Shown here: in pieces, positions 1 through 11,339 of the stretch
How the letters are laid out: every line of letters starts with the position of its first letter
How positions within the stretch are numbered: the first letter of the stretch is position 1
Assembly (NCBI GenBank): GCA_902774005.1
Contig: CACYGK010000013.1
Coordinates: 8,696-72,695, forward strand
DNA: 64,000 nt
Direction of reading: 5' to 3'
Source: an uncultured Bacteroidales bacterium
GTDB taxonomy: Bacteria > Bacteroidota > Bacteroidia > Bacteroidales > Bacteroidaceae
Translations under genes and position numbers: made by a program
The notes under the pieces: generated by a model
What the model was told of the DNA's origin: nothing
Databases searched by the model: none
Seen by the model: only the letters and a program-made list of their open reading frames with translations

Positions 1-2944
1 AGAGCTGAACTGATGTCCAGTCGAGGTTGCTGAGTGCGCCGGCAATGAACTTGGCACCCTTCGGGATGATGTCGGCACCCATGAAGTCCTTGACTCCCTG
101 AGATGTCTTGCCCTTGGTGAGCTGAAGGAGTTTGTCGATGAGGATGTCTTTCAGGTCGCATACCTTATCGTCGAATTCCTGGTCGTATTTCGGAAGTATC
201 TTCTTGTCCTCAGCCTTTGAAGCACGAGTCTTGATAGCCTTGGAGAAGAGTTTCTTGTCGATTACGACACCGGAGAGTGACGGAGTAGCCTTGAGGGATG
301 CATCCTTAACGTCACCTGCCTTGTCGCCGAAGATGGCGCGAAGCAGTTTCTCTTCAGGTGACGGATCGCTCTCTCCCTTCGGAGTAATCTTACCGATAAG
401 GATGTCACCCGGTTCGATGCGGGCACCGACACGTACGATACCGCTGTCGTCGAGGTCTTTGGTAGCCTCTTCGCTGACGTTTGGAATATCGGATGTCAGT
501 TCCTCGAGTCCACGCTTTGTCTCACGTACTTCGAGTGAGTATTCATCGACGTGAACTGAAGTAAGGATATCTTCGCGAACGAGTCGTTCGTTAAGCACGA
601 TAGCGTCCTCATAGTTGTAACCCTTCCAAGGCATGTAGGCAACGAGGAGGTTGCGTCCGAGCGCAAGTTCACCTGCCTCTGTAGCATAACCTTCGGTGAG
701 GATGTCGCCCTTCTTGACACGCTGACCGGCATCGCAGATTGGACGAAGGTCGATGGTCATGTTCTGGTTGGTACGACGGAACTTAGGAATCTTATATTCT
801 TTGAGCGCAGGCACGAAGCTTACGAATTCCTCGTCTTCGGTGCGGTCGTAGAGAATACGGATTGTAGTAGCATCTACATATTCTACAACACCGTCGCCTT
901 CAGCAGTAATCATTGTACGAGAGTCTTCGCACACCTGCTTTTCGATACCGGTACCGACGATTGGAGCTTCTGTACGGATAAGTGGAACTGCCTGGCGCAT
1001 CATGTTGGAACCCATCAACGCACGGTGAGCATCGTCGTGCTCGAGGAACGGGATGAGGGCTGCTGCAATAGATGCAATCTGCTGTGGAGCAACATCCATG
1101 AAGTCGACTTCGGTAGGTGGAACGACTGGGTAGTCGGCATCCTGACGGCATTTAACGACCTTACGGATGAAGGAACCGTCGTCGCGCAGCGGTGCATTAC
1201 CCTGACCGATAACCTTGCCTGTCTCTTCCTCAGCAGAGAGATATACGATGTGGTCGTTGTTGATGTCGGCTTTTGAGTTTACGACAGGACGATACGGAGT
1301 CTCGATGAATCCGAGGTCGTTGATTTTTGCATAAACACAAAGAGAGGAGATAAGTCCGATGTTCGGACCTTCAGGGCTCTCGATAGGACAGAGACGACCA
1401 TAGTGTGTGTAGTGTACGTCACGAACCTCGAAACCTGCACGTTCACGAGAAAGACCGCCAGGACCGAGGGCACTGAGACGACGCTTATGTGTCACTTCGG
1501 CAAGTGGGTTTGTCTGGTCCATGAACTGAGACAGAGGGTTGGTGCCGAAGAATGAATTGATAACGCTTGATATTGTCTTTGCGTTGATAAGGTCGGTAGG
1601 TGTGAACACTTCGTTGTCACGCACGTTCATGCGTTCACGGATAGTACGGCTCATACGTGCCAGACCTATTGCGAACTGGTTGGAGAGCTGCTCGCCGACG
1701 GTACGTACACGACGGTTAGAGAGGTGGTCGATATCATCGACTACTGCCTTAGAGTTAGCCAGTTCGACGAGATATTTGATAATCTCGATAATGTCTTCCT
1801 TTGTCAATACACGTATCTCAGGGTCGGTATTCAGACCAAGTTTAGAATTGATACGGTAGCGACCTACATCACCCAAGTCGTAACGCTTCTCGGAGAAGAA
1901 CAGGTTGTTGATGACTTCGCGTGCGCTGGCATCATCAGCAGGGTCTGCATTGCGGAGCTGACGGTAGATGTAGATGACAGCTTCCTTCTCAGAGTTACTT
2001 GGGTCTTTCTGCAGTGTATTAAATATGATAGAGAAGTCGGATGCATTGACATTCTCATTGTGTACAAGGATGTTTTCAACGCCCGATTCAAGTATTTCGT
2101 CTATATGCTCTTGTTCCAGAACTGTCTCGCGGTCGATGATGACCTCGTTACGTTCGATTGATACAACCTCGCCAGTATCTTCATCAACAAAATCTTCATT
2201 CCATGACTTAAGAACACGTGCTGCCAGTTTGCGGCCTTTCACTTTCTTAAGGTTGGCTGCCGTCACTTTCACTTCTTCGGCAAGGTCGAAGATACTCAGG
2301 ATGTCTTTATCTGACTCGAATCCGATGGCACGAAGCAGTGTGGTAACGGGTAATTTCTTTTTACGGTCGATGTATGCATACATCACGTTGTTGATGTCGG
2401 TAGCAAACTCGATCCATGAGCCCTTGAACGGTATGATACGTGCTGAGAACAGAGGAGTACCGTTGGCATGAACGCTCGATCCGAAGAATACACCAGGAGA
2501 ACGGTGCAACTGTGATACTACAACACGCTCTGCACCGTTGATTACGAATGTACCGTTGTCGGTCATATAAGGGATAGGACCGAGGAATACATCCTGGATG
2601 ACAGTGTCGAAGTCTTCGTGGTCGGGATCGGAACAGTACAACTTGAGTTTTGCCTTCAAAGGTACGCTGTAGGTCAGACCACGCTCAAGACATTCTTCGA
2701 TTGTGTAGCGGGGGGCATCAATGTAATAATCCAAGAACTCGAGTACGAAGTTGTTACGAGTGTCTTGAATAGGGAAATTCTCTGCAAATACTTTGTAAAG
2801 ACCATCGTTCTTGCGCTTCTCTGGCGGGGTGTCGAGCTGCAAGAAATCCTTAAACGACTTCAACTGTACGTCGAGGAAGTCGGGATAAGGCATCGGATTC
2901 TTTACGGTTGCAAAGTTTACTCGATTGTTGATGATTTTGGACAT
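1..2944 (-). CDS. rpoB: DNA-directed RNA polymerase beta subunit, N-terminal ~981 codons (rest of gene lies beyond window start)
   Basis: Minus-strand frame is open from position 1 to the ATG at 2942-2944. Translation starts [31 protein letters not shown] and contains [24 protein letters not shown]. It sits in the canonical position after rplL. It is missing from the ORF track because it is truncated by the window edge. Confidence 0.95.
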   Translation of the reverse strand, partial: MSKIINNRVNFATVKNPMPYPDFLDVQLKSFKDFLQLDTPPEKRKNDGLYKVFAENFPIQDTRNNFVLEFLDYYIDAPRYTIEECLERGLTYSVPLKAKLKLYCSDPDHEDFDTVIQDVFLGPIPYMTDNGTFVINGAERVVVSQLHRSPGVFFGSSVHANGTPLFSARIIPFKGSWIEFATDINNVMYAYIDRKKKLPVTTLLRAIGFESDKDILSIFDLAEEVKVTAANLKKVKGRKLAARVLKSWNEDFVDEDTGEVVSIERNEVIIDRETVLEQEHIDEILESGVENILVHNENVNASDFSIIFNTLQKDPSNSEKEAVIYIYRQLRNADPADDASAREVINNLFFSEKRYDLGDVGRYRINSKLGLNTDPEIRVLTKEDIIEIIKYLVELANSKAVVDDIDHLSNRRVRTVGEQLSNQFAIGLARMSRTIRERMNVRDNEVFTPTDLINAKTISSVINSFFGTNPLSQFMDQTNPLAEVTHKRRLSALGPGGLSRERAGFEVRDVHYTHYGRLCPIESPEGPNIGLISSLCVYAKINDLGFIETPYRPVVNSKADINNDHIVYLSAEEETGKVIGQGNAPLRDDGSFIRKVVKCRQDADYPVVPPTEVDFMDVAPQQIASIAAALIPFLEHDDAHRALMGSNMMRQAVPLIRTEAPIVGTGIEKQVCEDSRTMITAEGDGVVEYVDATTIRILYDRTEDEEFVSFVPALKEYKIPKFRRTNQNMTIDLRPICDAGQRVKKGDILTEGYATEAGELALGRNLLVAYMPWKGYNYEDAIVLNERLVREDILTSVHVDEYSLEVRETKRGLEELTSDIPNVSEEATKDLDDSGIVRVGARIEPGDILIGKITPKGESDPSPEEKLLRAIFGDKAGDVKDASLKATPSLSGVVIDKKLFSKAIKTRASKAEDKKILPKYDQEFDDKVCDLKDILIDKLLQLTKGKTSQGVKDFMGADIIPKGAKFIAGALSNLDWTSVQL

Positions 2945-3029
2945 CTTTGATTATTTTATTTAGAAAAAACTGTAACAAGAGTGTGGAAAAAAGTGTTCTC
3001 TTATTGATGTGTGGGTGTGTCCTGAATGA

Positions 3030-3080
3030 GAAAAAGACACAAAAAGGTTAAGAACCCTCAACCTGAGGATTCTTAACCTT
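3030..3080 (-). terminator. rplL-rpoB intergenic hairpin plus U-run (attenuator/terminator)
   Basis: AAGGTTAAGAACCCTCA (3044-3060) pairs with TGAGGATTCTTAACCTT (3064-3080), with one G-U pair. On the minus strand the hairpin is followed by TTTTT. It lies 20 nt after the rplL stop. Confidence 0.7.
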
Positions 3081-3099
3081 TTGAGTTATTAAGGTGAAA

Positions 3100-3477
3100 T
3101 TACTTAATCTCTACCTCTGCACCAGCAGCTTCGAGTGCAGCCTTAACAGCCTCAGCTGTAGCCTTGTCTACACCTTCCTTAACGTTGCAAGGAGCACCGT
3201 CTACGAGATCCTTAGCCTCTTTCAGACCAAGTCCGAGAGCTTCCTTAGCTGCCTTAACAACACCAAGCTTAGCAGCACCTGCGCTCTTGAGAACTACATC
3301 GAAAGATGTCTTCTCTTCAGCAGCAGCTTCGCCGCCTGCAGCTGGGCCAGCAGCAACTGCAACAGCTGCAGCAGCTGGTTCAATTCCGTACTCATCCTTG
3401 AGGATAGCCTTAAGTTCTGTAACTTCTTTTACTGTCAAATTTACCAATTCTTCAGCAATAGCTTTAATATCTGCCAT
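3100..3477 (-). CDS. rplL: 50S ribosomal protein L7/L12
   Basis: [34 protein letters not shown], Ala-rich hinge, C-terminus [10 protein letters not shown]; operon context. Confidence 0.97.
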   Translation of the reverse strand: MADIKAIAEELVNLTVKEVTELKAILKDEYGIEPAAAAVAVAAGPAAGGEAAAEEKTSFDVVLKSAGAAKLGVVKAAKEALGLGLKEAKDLVDGAPCNVKEGVDKATAEAVKAALEAAGAEVEIK

Positions 3478-3564
3478 CGTCTTAAAAATTTTAATTATTG
3501 TTTATACTATTATTCGTTAATAAAATTTGTTTGTGGACAAAAGCCAAGTAAAATGAAAGGGCGA

Positions 3565-4086
3565 TTATCCTTTTTTCTCGATTGCGTCAAGCAGACCGTG
3601 AATAGTGGTACCACCGTCGAGTGCAGAAAGCACGCTGTTGGTCGGACCTTCGAGGGCTGCGATAACGTCGGCAATGAGTTCGTTCTTGCTCTTGATAGAC
3701 GAAAGAGCATCGAGTTGATTTGCTCCGATATAGCAACTTTCCTCTGCATATGCACCCTTGAGTGCAGGCATGTCACCATGTCCCTTTGCGAAACTCTTAA
3801 TCATCTTAGCAGGTACGTTGGCTGTCTGACAGAACATGATACCTGTAGTATTCTTAAGAATCGGCTTGAGTGCTTCAAACTCTTCACCACCCTTACGTTC
3901 GAGGGCTTTGATGAACAGAGTGTTCTTTACAACCTGGAGTTTGATTTGATTCTTAAAGCACTCGCGACGGAGTTCGCTTGTAGTAACAGAGTCAAGAGCG
4001 GTTACATCAACTACGTAGAAATGAGGATAGCTGTTGAGCGTCTCAACGAGGCTATCAATAAGTAAAGCTTTATCTTCTTTCTTCAT
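3565..4086 (-). CDS. rplJ: 50S ribosomal protein L10
   Basis: 173 aa, directly upstream of rplL and downstream of rplA; L10-like sequence. Confidence 0.93.
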   Translation of the reverse strand: MKKEDKALLIDSLVETLNSYPHFYVVDVTALDSVTTSELRRECFKNQIKLQVVKNTLFIKALERKGGEEFEALKPILKNTTGIMFCQTANVPAKMIKSFAKGHGDMPALKGAYAEESCYIGANQLDALSSIKSKNELIADVIAALEGPTNSVLSALDGGTTIHGLLDAIEKKG

Positions 4087-4103
4087 GATTCCTTACGTTT
4101 TAA

Positions 4104-4796
4104 TTATTCAACAGACTTAGGGTCAACTTTTACACCCTTACTCATTGTACTTGAAAGATAAATGCTCTTGATGTAAGTACCTTTAGCTGTAGCAGGCTTA
4201 AGCTTGATGATAGTGTTGATGAACTCCTGAGCGTTCTGTGCAATCTTCTCAGCAGAGAATGATACCTTACCGATAGATGCATGAACGATACCGGACTTGT
4301 CAACCTTAAAGTCAATCTTACCTTGCTTAACTTCACGAATAGCCTTTGCTACGTCCATTGTAACCGTACCACTCTTGGGGTTAGGCATGAGTCCGCGAGG
4401 ACCGAGAACACGACCGAGCGCACCAATCTTACCCATGCATGATGGCATAGTGATGATAACGTCGATATCTGTCCAGCCACCCTTAATCTTGTCGATGTAT
4501 TCTTCAAGACCAACATAGTCGGCTCCAGCTTCTGTAGCAGCAGTAACCTGATCAGAAGTAACGAGTGCAAGCACGCGAACTTCTTTACCGGTTCCGTTAG
4601 GGAGAGAAACAACACCACGAACCATCTGGTTTGCCTTACGAGGGTCAACACCAAGACGGATGTCGATGTCGAGCGACGCGTCAAACTTTGTGAAGGTAAT
4701 GTCCTTCACGAGCTGTGATGCCTCTGCAAGTGTGTATGACTTCCCTGTTTCAACCTTGTCAGCAACTGCCTTCTGATTTTTTGTAAGTTTACTCAT
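4104..4796 (-). CDS. rplA: 50S ribosomal protein L1
   Basis: [11 protein letters not shown]...[15 protein letters not shown]...[15 protein letters not shown]; operon context. Confidence 0.96.
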   Translation of the reverse strand: MSKLTKNQKAVADKVETGKSYTLAEASQLVKDITFTKFDASLDIDIRLGVDPRKANQMVRGVVSLPNGTGKEVRVLALVTSDQVTAATEAGADYVGLEEYIDKIKGGWTDIDVIITMPSCMGKIGALGRVLGPRGLMPNPKSGTVTMDVAKAIREVKQGKIDFKVDKSGIVHASIGKVSFSAEKIAQNAQEFINTIIKLKPATAKGTYIKSIYLSSTMSKGVKVDPKSVE

Positions 4797-4832
4797 CTTG
4801 ATTGAATTTTTTAATTATTACCAGGGAATTAA

Positions 4833-5255
4833 TTACTTGACAGTAATACCCATACTTCTTGCTGTACCAGCAATCATAGACATAGCTGACTCTATAGTAA
4901 AGCAGTTCAGGTCAGGCATCTTATCCTCTGCAATGGCACGTACCTGATCCCATGTAACTGTAGCCACCTTCTTACGGTTTGGCTCAGCTGAACCCTTCTT
5001 TATCTTTGCAGCTTCCATCAACTGTACTGCTGCAGGAGGGGTCTTAATCACGAAATCATAAGACTTGTCTGCATAGTAGGTAATAACGACTGGAAGTACC
5101 TTACCAGCCTTATCCTGAGTTCTGGCGTTGAATGCTTTACAGAAATCCATGATGTTTATACCCTTAGAACCAAGTGCAGGTCCTACTGGGGGAGATGGAT
5201 TTGCAGCGCCACCTTTAATCTGTAATTTGATTAATCCAGCAACTTCTTTAGCCAT
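4833..5255 (-). CDS. rplK: 50S ribosomal protein L11
   Basis: [43 protein letters not shown] is the L11 signature. Confidence 0.97.
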   Translation of the reverse strand: MAKEVAGLIKLQIKGGAANPSPPVGPALGSKGINIMDFCKAFNARTQDKAGKVLPVVITYYADKSYDFVIKTPPAAVQLMEAAKIKKGSAEPNRKKVATVTWDQVRAIAEDKMPDLNCFTIESAMSMIAGTARSMGITVK

Positions 5256-5305
5256 TTTTTTTGATTTATTAATTGATTAACGATAAAGACAGGACTCGCG
5301 TAACA

Positions 5306-5857
5306 TCAAGCCATATCTTTTGAAACTTGTGAGAAGCTTAATTCGAGCGGTGTTACACGTCCGAAAATCTTAACCGACACTTTCAGTTTCTGCTTGTCTG
5401 TATTTACACTTTCGATTGTTCCGTCGAAACCACTGAACGGACCATCGGCAACTTTGACCGATTCACCGACCGTAAAGTCGGTCTGTACGTTCATTGCAGC
5501 AGTTTCTGCCTCAACTCCGATACCGAGCATGCGGTTGAGTTCTGCCTGACGCACTGGAGATGGTTTGTCCATTCCGCCAATGAATCCGAGAACACCCGGA
5601 GTGTTGCGAAGCATGTGAGGAATTTCACCAACGAGTGCTGCCTCAACCAGTACGTATCCGGGCAGAAGATTGCGCTTCTGCTCTACACGCTTGTTTGTAG
5701 CAGTAGTCTTGATGACATTCTCTGTCGGAATAAGAACCTGTGAAACGAACTGCTCGTAGCCATGATTCTTCATATCAAGTTCAATGTATTCCTTGACATT
5801 AGCCTCTTTGCCACTAATAGTACGCAACACATACCAATTCTTTTCAATCTCAGCCAT
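5306..5857 (-). CDS. nusG: Transcription termination/antitermination factor NusG
   Basis: [14 protein letters not shown] start and a C-terminal KOW-like segment ([16 protein letters not shown]); lies between secE and rplK. Confidence 0.93.
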   Translation of the reverse strand: MAEIEKNWYVLRTISGKEANVKEYIELDMKNHGYEQFVSQVLIPTENVIKTTATNKRVEQKRNLLPGYVLVEAALVGEIPHMLRNTPGVLGFIGGMDKPSPVRQAELNRMLGIGVEAETAAMNVQTDFTVGESVKVADGPFSGFDGTIESVNTDKQKLKVSVKIFGRVTPLELSFSQVSKDMA

Positions 5858-5878
5858 AATTACCCTCCTTACAAAATA

Positions 5879-6073
5879 TTAAAAGAGTGAGTAAACAAGC
5901 TTCATGACCTCTTCAAAGAAAGAGTCCATGATGAAGACAACAATTGCAATGATGATGGAAGCTGATAAAACGATCACTGCACTGTTTGTCAATTCCTTAT
6001 ATGAAGGCCAAGAACACTTATGAACAAGTTCATCGTATGATTCTTTGCAATAATTGATAACTTTTCCTATCAT
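5879..6073 (-). CDS. secE: Preprotein translocase subunit SecE
   Basis: Internal Met of the 81-aa ORF (MIGKVINYCKESYDELVHKCSWPSYKEL plus one TM helix). The upstream part of the tracked ORF overlaps tRNA-Trp and is not coding. Confidence 0.85.
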   Translation of the reverse strand: MIGKVINYCKESYDELVHKCSWPSYKELTNSAVIVLSASIIIAIVVFIMDSFFEEVMKLVYSLF

Positions 6074-6091
6074 ATTATTATTTTTATCGTT

Positions 6092-6167
6092 TGGCACGGG
6101 AAGAGAGGCTCGAACTCCCGACACCTGGTTTTGGAGACCAGTGCTCTGCCAACTGAGCTATTCCCGT
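6092..6167 (-). tRNA. tRNA-Trp (anticodon CCA), CCA end encoded
   Basis: Manual cloverleaf: ACGGGAA/TTCCCGT acceptor stem, anticodon loop CTCCAAA, T-arm GGGAG TTCGAGC CTCTC. Confidence 0.9.
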
Positions 6168-6277
6168 AGATTAGTTGAGGGTTAAGTGTTCTGAATTTGA
6201 GCTCCAAAACCTTGCCCTCAACTTATCATTTTATGTTTTTCCCATTAAGCCGAAGCTTAGCCGGGAAGAGTGTCTGA

Positions 6278-7459
6278 TTAGTCAAATACTTCTGTTACCT
6301 GACCAGAACCTACTGTACGTCCACCTTCACGGATAGCGAAACGGAGACCTACATTGATAGCAACTGGGTAGATGAGTTCAACCTTGATTTCTACGTTGTC
6401 ACCAGGCATAACCATTTCTACTCCGTCTGGGAGAGAGATTTCACCTGTACAGTCCATAGTACGGAGGTAGAACTGAGGACGATAGTGGTTCTTGAATGGA
6501 GTGTGACGACCACCTTCTTCCTTCTTCAGAACGTAGATAGAAGCCTTGAAGCCCTTATGAGGAGTGATAACACCCGGGTGAGTGATTACCATACCACGCT
6601 TAACGTCTTTCTTATCGATACCACGGAGGAGCAGACCTACGTTATCACCAGCCTGACCTTCGTCGAGGATCTTACGGAACATTTCAACACCAGTAACAAC
6701 TGACTTAGCATCTTCACCGAGACCGAGGAGCTGAACTTCGTCACCTACCTTGATAACACCAGTTTCGATACGACCTGTAGCAACTGTACCACGACCAGTG
6801 ATTGAGAATACGTCTTCAACTGGCATCAAGAATGGCTTATCAACGGCGCGAACTGGTTCCTGAATCCAAGTGTCGCAAGCGTCCATAAGTTCCATTACCT
6901 TGTCTTCCCACTTCTTAACACCGTTGAGAGCACCAAGAGCAGAACCGCGGATGAATGGAGTATCATCTTCGAATTCATACTGAGCGAGGAGGTCACGCAT
7001 TTCCATCTCAACGAGGTCGAGCATTTCCTCATCGTCAACCATATCACACTTATTCATGAATACAACAAGACGTGGTACGTTTACCTGACGAGCGAGCAGA
7101 ATGTGCTCACGAGTCTGTGGCATAGGACCGTCAGTTGCAGCTACTACGATGATAGCACCGTCCATCTGAGCAGCACCAGTAACCATGTTCTTTACATAGT
7201 CGGCGTGTCCCGGACAGTCAACGTGAGCATAGTGACGCTTTGCAGTCTCATACTCAACGTGTGCAGTGTTGATAGTGATACCACGCTCCTTCTCTTCTGG
7301 AGCGTTGTCAATCTGATCGAATGACTTAACTTCTGACAGACCCTGCTTTGCAAGAACTGTAGTGATAGCAGCTGTAAGAGTAGTCTTACCATGGTCAACG
7401 TGACCGATTGTACCGATGTTTACGTGCGGTTTGGTACGTTCGAATTTTTCTTTTGCCAT
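6278..7459 (-). CDS. tuf: Elongation factor Tu
   Basis: [33 protein letters not shown]...; full-length, 393 aa. Confidence 0.99.
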   Translation of the reverse strand: MAKEKFERTKPHVNIGTIGHVDHGKTTLTAAITTVLAKQGLSEVKSFDQIDNAPEEKERGITINTAHVEYETAKRHYAHVDCPGHADYVKNMVTGAAQMDGAIIVVAATDGPMPQTREHILLARQVNVPRLVVFMNKCDMVDDEEMLDLVEMEMRDLLAQYEFEDDTPFIRGSALGALNGVKKWEDKVMELMDACDTWIQEPVRAVDKPFLMPVEDVFSITGRGTVATGRIETGVIKVGDEVQLLGLGEDAKSVVTGVEMFRKILDEGQAGDNVGLLLRGIDKKDVKRGMVITHPGVITPHKGFKASIYVLKKEEGGRHTPFKNHYRPQFYLRTMDCTGEISLPDGVEMVMPGDNVEIKVELIYPVAINVGLRFAIREGGRTVGSGQVTEVFD

Positions 7460-7536
7460 AATTAAAAAAAATGTCTATTAATATAATAATGTGTAACTTG
7501 ATTTTCCGTTTTCACTTTTTGTAATCTTCGTCTGAG

Positions 7537-7608
<72 letters not shown>

Positions 7609-7688
7609 AACATATTGAAGTGTCCTGTCTTTCAGCAAACTTAGAGCATCAGGTCGTTTCTCTCTGGTTTCAATACACCGACTTTGAG

Positions 7689-7762
7689 AGCCTCTTGTCG
7701 GATTCGAACCAACGACCCCGAGATTACAAATCACGTGCTCTGGCCAACTGAGCTAAAGAGGC
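7689..7762 (-). tRNA. tRNA-Thr (anticodon TGT)
   Basis: GCCTCTT/AAGAGGC acceptor stem, anticodon loop TTTGTAA (one U-U mismatch in the anticodon stem), T-loop TTCGAAT. Confidence 0.8.
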
Positions 7763-7803
7763 TTTTCACCCTCATGCACAGACTACTCCATACAAAGCGG
7801 GTG

Positions 7804-7811
7804 CAAAGTTA
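7804..7811 (-). promoter_or_regulatory. Bacteroidota -7 box (TAACTTTG) for the tRNA-Thr/tRNA-Thr/tuf transcript
   Basis: Plus strand reads CAAAGTTA within GGGTGCAAAGTTAGAC, about 40 nt upstream of the first tRNA. Confidence 0.6.
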
Positions 7812-7851
7812 GACCTTATTTTTTGATTACCAAAATTTTTGCAGACATTTT

Positions 7852-8151
7852 TTATTTGCCTGCCTGTTTTTCCTTATATCTCTGCAACTGCTTTTCCAGA
7901 GCAGATAATGATTCCTGTATTGCTTCTTCGAATGTGTTGCAAACCTTTTCTGCATACAGTTCCTCACCAGGAAGAGATACTGTGAGTGCAGCCTGTTTGT
8001 TCATTACAGTTTCGGGTTTTACAACCTTTAGTGACACCTCGACCTTTCTTATATTATCACAAAATTTCTCCAGTTTGCTGACTTTCTTCTGGATGAACTC
8101 TTGCAACTTGTCCGTTGCATCAAACTTGATTGTCTTAACGTTAATGTCCAT
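7852..8151 (-). CDS. hpf: Ribosome hibernation promoting factor / RaiA family
   Basis: Internal Met of the tracked ORF: MDINVKTIKFDATDKLQEFIQKKVSKLEKF..., 99 aa, the typical short HPF. Confidence 0.85.
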   Translation of the reverse strand: MDINVKTIKFDATDKLQEFIQKKVSKLEKFCDNIRKVEVSLKVVKPETVMNKQAALTVSLPGEELYAEKVCNTFEEAIQESLSALEKQLQRYKEKQAGK

Positions 8152-8221
8152 AATACTGAGTTTTTCGGGTTTCGACCATCTTACGGTTTCCACCATGTTA
8201 TACATAAGGTTTTTCAGTTTC

Positions 8222-9124
8222 TCACTCGCGTGGATGTGCATTTTTGTACACATCTTTCAATTCTTCGAACGACAGATGGGTATAGATTTCCGTGGTTGCA
8301 AGGTTTTCGTGTCCGAGCAGTTTCTGAATGGAGCCCAGGTCGGCATCGTTGTTCAGCATCGCCGTAGCGAAAGAGTGTCGCAGCACGTGTGGAGTACGCT
8401 TTTTCTGTTGGGTGACCTTCGAAAGATTCTTCTTTACTATCTCACCCACTTTTGCGTAAGCAACCGGCTGACCGTCTTTTTTCACAAACAAACTTTCCGG
8501 AGTAACATCTGTAATCTCAGCTCTTGCCTCGAGATACCTTTCGACCTCCTCTTTCAGTTCATTCCCGAACGGTACTATCCGCTGCTTATTGCGTTTACCC
8601 GTCACCTTGAGTTGCATCGACCTGAGATCGACATCCGCATCTCGCAATGATAAGAGTTCAGCGCGACGAATGCCCGTTTCGTAAAACATCATCACAATCA
8701 GTCTGTCTCTGATTCCCTCGAACGAAGTGTCTTTCTCCATTTCGGAGAGGAGTCGGTCAATATCCTTCTCCCTTACGAACGAAGGCAGTTTCTTCGGCAT
8801 CTTAGGTGCAACTACTTTCTCCATCGGATTTACATCCACCCACCCCATGCGGCGCAGGTATTTGTAGAATGTGCGAAGCGGACTCAGTCCGCCATAGTTG
8901 ACCGTAGAGATATCCTTGCCTTCTTTGTCAAGCATGTACACAACCCACTCCCTCACTACTGAGGCGTCGACTGTGCGCCATGTCAACGTTGCATCCAACT
9001 CTTCGAAAAACTTCTGAAACACCCTGAGCGAGTCGCCATATTTCCGCACCGTCAGCGGCGAATAACTGCGCTCGGCACTGAGATATTCCAGAAAGGAATC
9101 AATCCACGTTCCCATTTTCGTCAT
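8222..9124 (-). CDS. Tyrosine recombinase, XerC/XerD-like
   Basis: RRAELLSL, HVLRHSFAT and LLGHENLATTEIYTH catalytic motifs. Start taken at MTKMGTW; the alternative start is at 9115. Confidence 0.85.
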   Translation of the reverse strand: MTKMGTWIDSFLEYLSAERSYSPLTVRKYGDSLRVFQKFFEELDATLTWRTVDASVVREWVVYMLDKEGKDISTVNYGGLSPLRTFYKYLRRMGWVDVNPMEKVVAPKMPKKLPSFVREKDIDRLLSEMEKDTSFEGIRDRLIVMMFYETGIRRAELLSLRDADVDLRSMQLKVTGKRNKQRIVPFGNELKEEVERYLEARAEITDVTPESLFVKKDGQPVAYAKVGEIVKKNLSKVTQQKKRTPHVLRHSFATAMLNNDADLGSIQKLLGHENLATTEIYTHLSFEELKDVYKNAHPRE

Positions 9125-9222
9125 GCGTTCTTTATGAAACACGCGACCAATTTAGGACTTTTCTTTCAAACAACAAGTGTTTGATGCAAAAAAATTCAAG
9201 AAATTAATACGATTTTAATTTT

Positions 9223-9414
9223 TTACTCCTCTTCAGAGTGAAGTTTGTTTACGTAAATTGCGTGTTGCATCTTAATGCGCTTCTCTACTGAAGGCTTTAC
9301 AAACTGCTTACGTGTACGAACTTCTTTGATAACACCAGTCTTTTCAGACTTTCTCTTGAACTTCTTGAGCGCGCGCTCAATGTTCTCACCTTCTTTTACA
9401 GGAACGATGATCAT
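9223..9414 (-). CDS. rpsU: 30S ribosomal protein S21
   Basis: MIIVPVKEGENIERALKKFKRKSEKTGVIKEVRTRKQF; internal Met of the tracked ORF. Confidence 0.92.
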   Translation of the reverse strand: MIIVPVKEGENIERALKKFKRKSEKTGVIKEVRTRKQFVKPSVEKRIKMQHAIYVNKLHSEEE

Positions 9415-9510
9415 TCTTAATACTTTTTGTTTATAATAATTAATAATGTATATAGGGCTAAACCACTTACAAAAGGGCACACCCTATGCTGGGATTTTCC
9501 CAACGAGCCG

Positions 9511-9518
9511 CAAAGTTA
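9511..9518 (-). promoter_or_regulatory. -7 box (TAACTTTG) upstream of rpsU
   Basis: Plus strand reads CAAAGTTA within GCCGCAAAGTTACGGC. Confidence 0.5.
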
Positions 9519-9626
9519 CGGCAAATTCTTCAATTGGCAAAAACTTTAACAATACTTTTTTCTTTTCACCCCTTTCTTCTTCATTTTAAACAAATGTCGT
9601 AACTTCGCGCCGAATTTGGATTTGAC

Positions 9627-10706
9627 ATGAAACAACGTAACCATGCATTCGACCTTTTATGCGGACTTTGCATACTCCGCATGATACTGCTCCACACCAT
9701 CAGCATGTGTGGATTCCGACGCGAACACTGGTTCGTCGAAATCATGTATTGGACCTTCTTTTTCATGTCCTTCTTCTTCTTCAAGGCAGGATATTTCAAC
9801 AAAGGCATAGTGCTAGACTACCATTCATACCTGACCGACAGAGTGCGCCGCCTTCTCGTTCCTTACATCGTTTGGGGACTCATAGGTTCGGTCATTTATT
9901 TCTCATTCCTTTATTTTGTACCTGCGCTCCACCCCACCCTTGCAAAACTACGCTGGAGTCACGTCTACACACTCAGTCATTTCTACGGAAACCCTCCGTG
10001 CTGGTTCCTGTTTTCATTCTTCTGCGCTTACATCGTAATAGGAACAGTCAACAAACTGCACCTCAATCGCACATATAACTATATCGTCCCCACGTTCCCG
10101 TTCATAAGCTACTATCTGTTTACCATAAAGAATCCTCTGTGGATGTCGCTAAACAACGTGTTCATGGGACTCTACTTCTTCCAGCTCGGACATTGGTGGC
10201 GACTCCTACAGGACAGACTAAGGAAAAATGACAAAGAACAGAGCAAGGGGAAAACAATATCAGGTATACGTACTGCAACGGTTTTCCTGTTAGTCATATC
10301 CTGTCTGCTTATTGCTGAATTCATCTATTTCAACCGTCATTACCACGGCGAATACGATATGAGTCTGAACAAATGGGTACATCGTCCATGGGCTGCAGCA
10401 ATCAACGCCACATATGCACTGGTCGGACTTTCAGGTCTGATGCTCATCGTCATCAAACGTCGGATACCATTTGTGAACTACATAGGTGAACACTCTATGG
10501 TGTTTTTCGTTGTGCACTACCCTATTATCTTTATCTATCGGTTCAGTTGTATTGCCTTCGGACACAATATCCGCCACAACTGGATCGACTGCGTTGTGCT
10601 TACTGCACTGATTCTGATTGTTTGCCGCCTGCTTGTACCCTACATCGAGCGGGCACCTTGGTTGAGCGGACGTATAAAAAAACGCCACCTATTTCAGATG
10701 GCGTGA
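9627..10706 (+). CDS. Acyltransferase family 3 integral membrane protein (OafA-like)
   Basis: About 10 hydrophobic segments; N-terminus NHAFDLLCGLCILRMILLH is typical of acyltransferase_3. Confidence 0.7.
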   Translation: MKQRNHAFDLLCGLCILRMILLHTISMCGFRREHWFVEIMYWTFFFMSFFFFKAGYFNKGIVLDYHSYLTDRVRRLLVPYIVWGLIGSVIYFSFLYFVPALHPTLAKLRWSHVYTLSHFYGNPPCWFLFSFFCAYIVIGTVNKLHLNRTYNYIVPTFPFISYYLFTIKNPLWMSLNNVFMGLYFFQLGHWWRLLQDRLRKNDKEQSKGKTISGIRTATVFLLVISCLLIAEFIYFNRHYHGEYDMSLNKWVHRPWAAAINATYALVGLSGLMLIVIKRRIPFVNYIGEHSMVFFVVHYPIIFIYRFSCIAFGHNIRHNWIDCVVLTALILIVCRLLVPYIERAPWLSGRIKKRHLFQMA

Positions 10707-11330
10707 ACGTTGTTGATTGTCGTCAAATACCTTAAACTCATACCCTTGGTTCTTCAACCATTCCAACGACTTGGGCAATGCCGTTTTCAATTTGTCGATT
10801 GAGCGTAACGAGTCGTGGAATGTGATTATACTTCCCGGACGGGTATAGAGTTTTACATTTTCAAACACTTCTTCGGCATTTAGTCGGCGCGAATAGTCAC
10901 GGGTTACGAGATCCCACATGATGACCGTATATTTCTTACGCAGATACAGATACTGGTCATGGCGCATCCAACCGTGAGGCGGACGGAACAGATTGCTGTG
11001 AATATAGTCGTCGGCCTTTCTTACGTTGCGCAGATAACCCCAAAACGAATGACGCAGACCTCCGATGTGGTTATGTGTATGATTACCCACCTGATGACCG
11101 CGACTCCTAATCATGTCGTACAGTTCGGGGTATTTCCTTACGTTGTCACCAACCATGAAGAAAGTAGCTTTGACATTAAATTTATCCAAGGTATCCAGAA
11201 TCCAAGGAGTTGCCTCGGGTATGGGACCATCGTCGAAGGTGATATATACCGCCTTCTCCGAATGGTCCATTCTCCATATAGCACTTGGATACAACCAGCG
11301 TAGCCACTTTGATGGTTGTTCTATAATCAT
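10689..11330 (-). CDS. Polysaccharide deacetylase (CE4/NodB homology domain)
   Basis: YITFDDGP, GHQVGNHTHNH and ITFHD motifs. Confidence 0.85.
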   Translation of the reverse strand: MIIEQPSKWLRWLYPSAIWRMDHSEKAVYITFDDGPIPEATPWILDTLDKFNVKATFFMVGDNVRKYPELYDMIRSRGHQVGNHTHNHIGGLRHSFWGYLRNVRKADDYIHSNLFRPPHGWMRHDQYLYLRKKYTVIMWDLVTRDYSRRLNAEEVFENVKLYTRPGSIITFHDSLRSIDKLKTALPKSLEWLKNQGYEFKVFDDNQQRSRHLK

Positions 11331-11339
11331 AGCCGTTCG

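Noticed and set aside
3094-4065. Long ORFs antisense to well-supported genes
   Set aside because: Besides this one, examples are 7823-8650, 11316-12029, 17660-18688, 19375-20052, 20355-21023, 20867-21757, 26235-27041, 30836-31915, 32218-33342, 34377-35192, 36230-37108, 40108-41130, 44908-45747, 47075-47800, 50430-51227 and 61096-62013. They are shadow frames opposite strongly conserved proteins. Their composition is low-complexity or Cys/His/Arg-rich, and they have no independent promoter or family resemblance.
5879-6124. 5' extensions of tracked ORFs
   Set aside because: This applies to secE, hpf (to 8253), rpsU (to 9480), the PorT-like gene (to 34398), the porin gene (to 43798), the giant cargo gene (to 53051) and the S41 gene (to 62352). 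The extensions run over tRNA genes or over the gene's own -7 promoter box. Internal Met codons give canonical N-termini or signal peptides.
8222-9124. Tyrosine recombinase as a marker of an integrated mobile element
   Set aside because: It sits in the rpsU-recombinase-hpf-tRNA-tuf arrangement that I recall as conserved in Bacteroidales. It is flanked by core genes, with no att-like repeats or cargo. It is most likely a housekeeping Xer-type recombinase.
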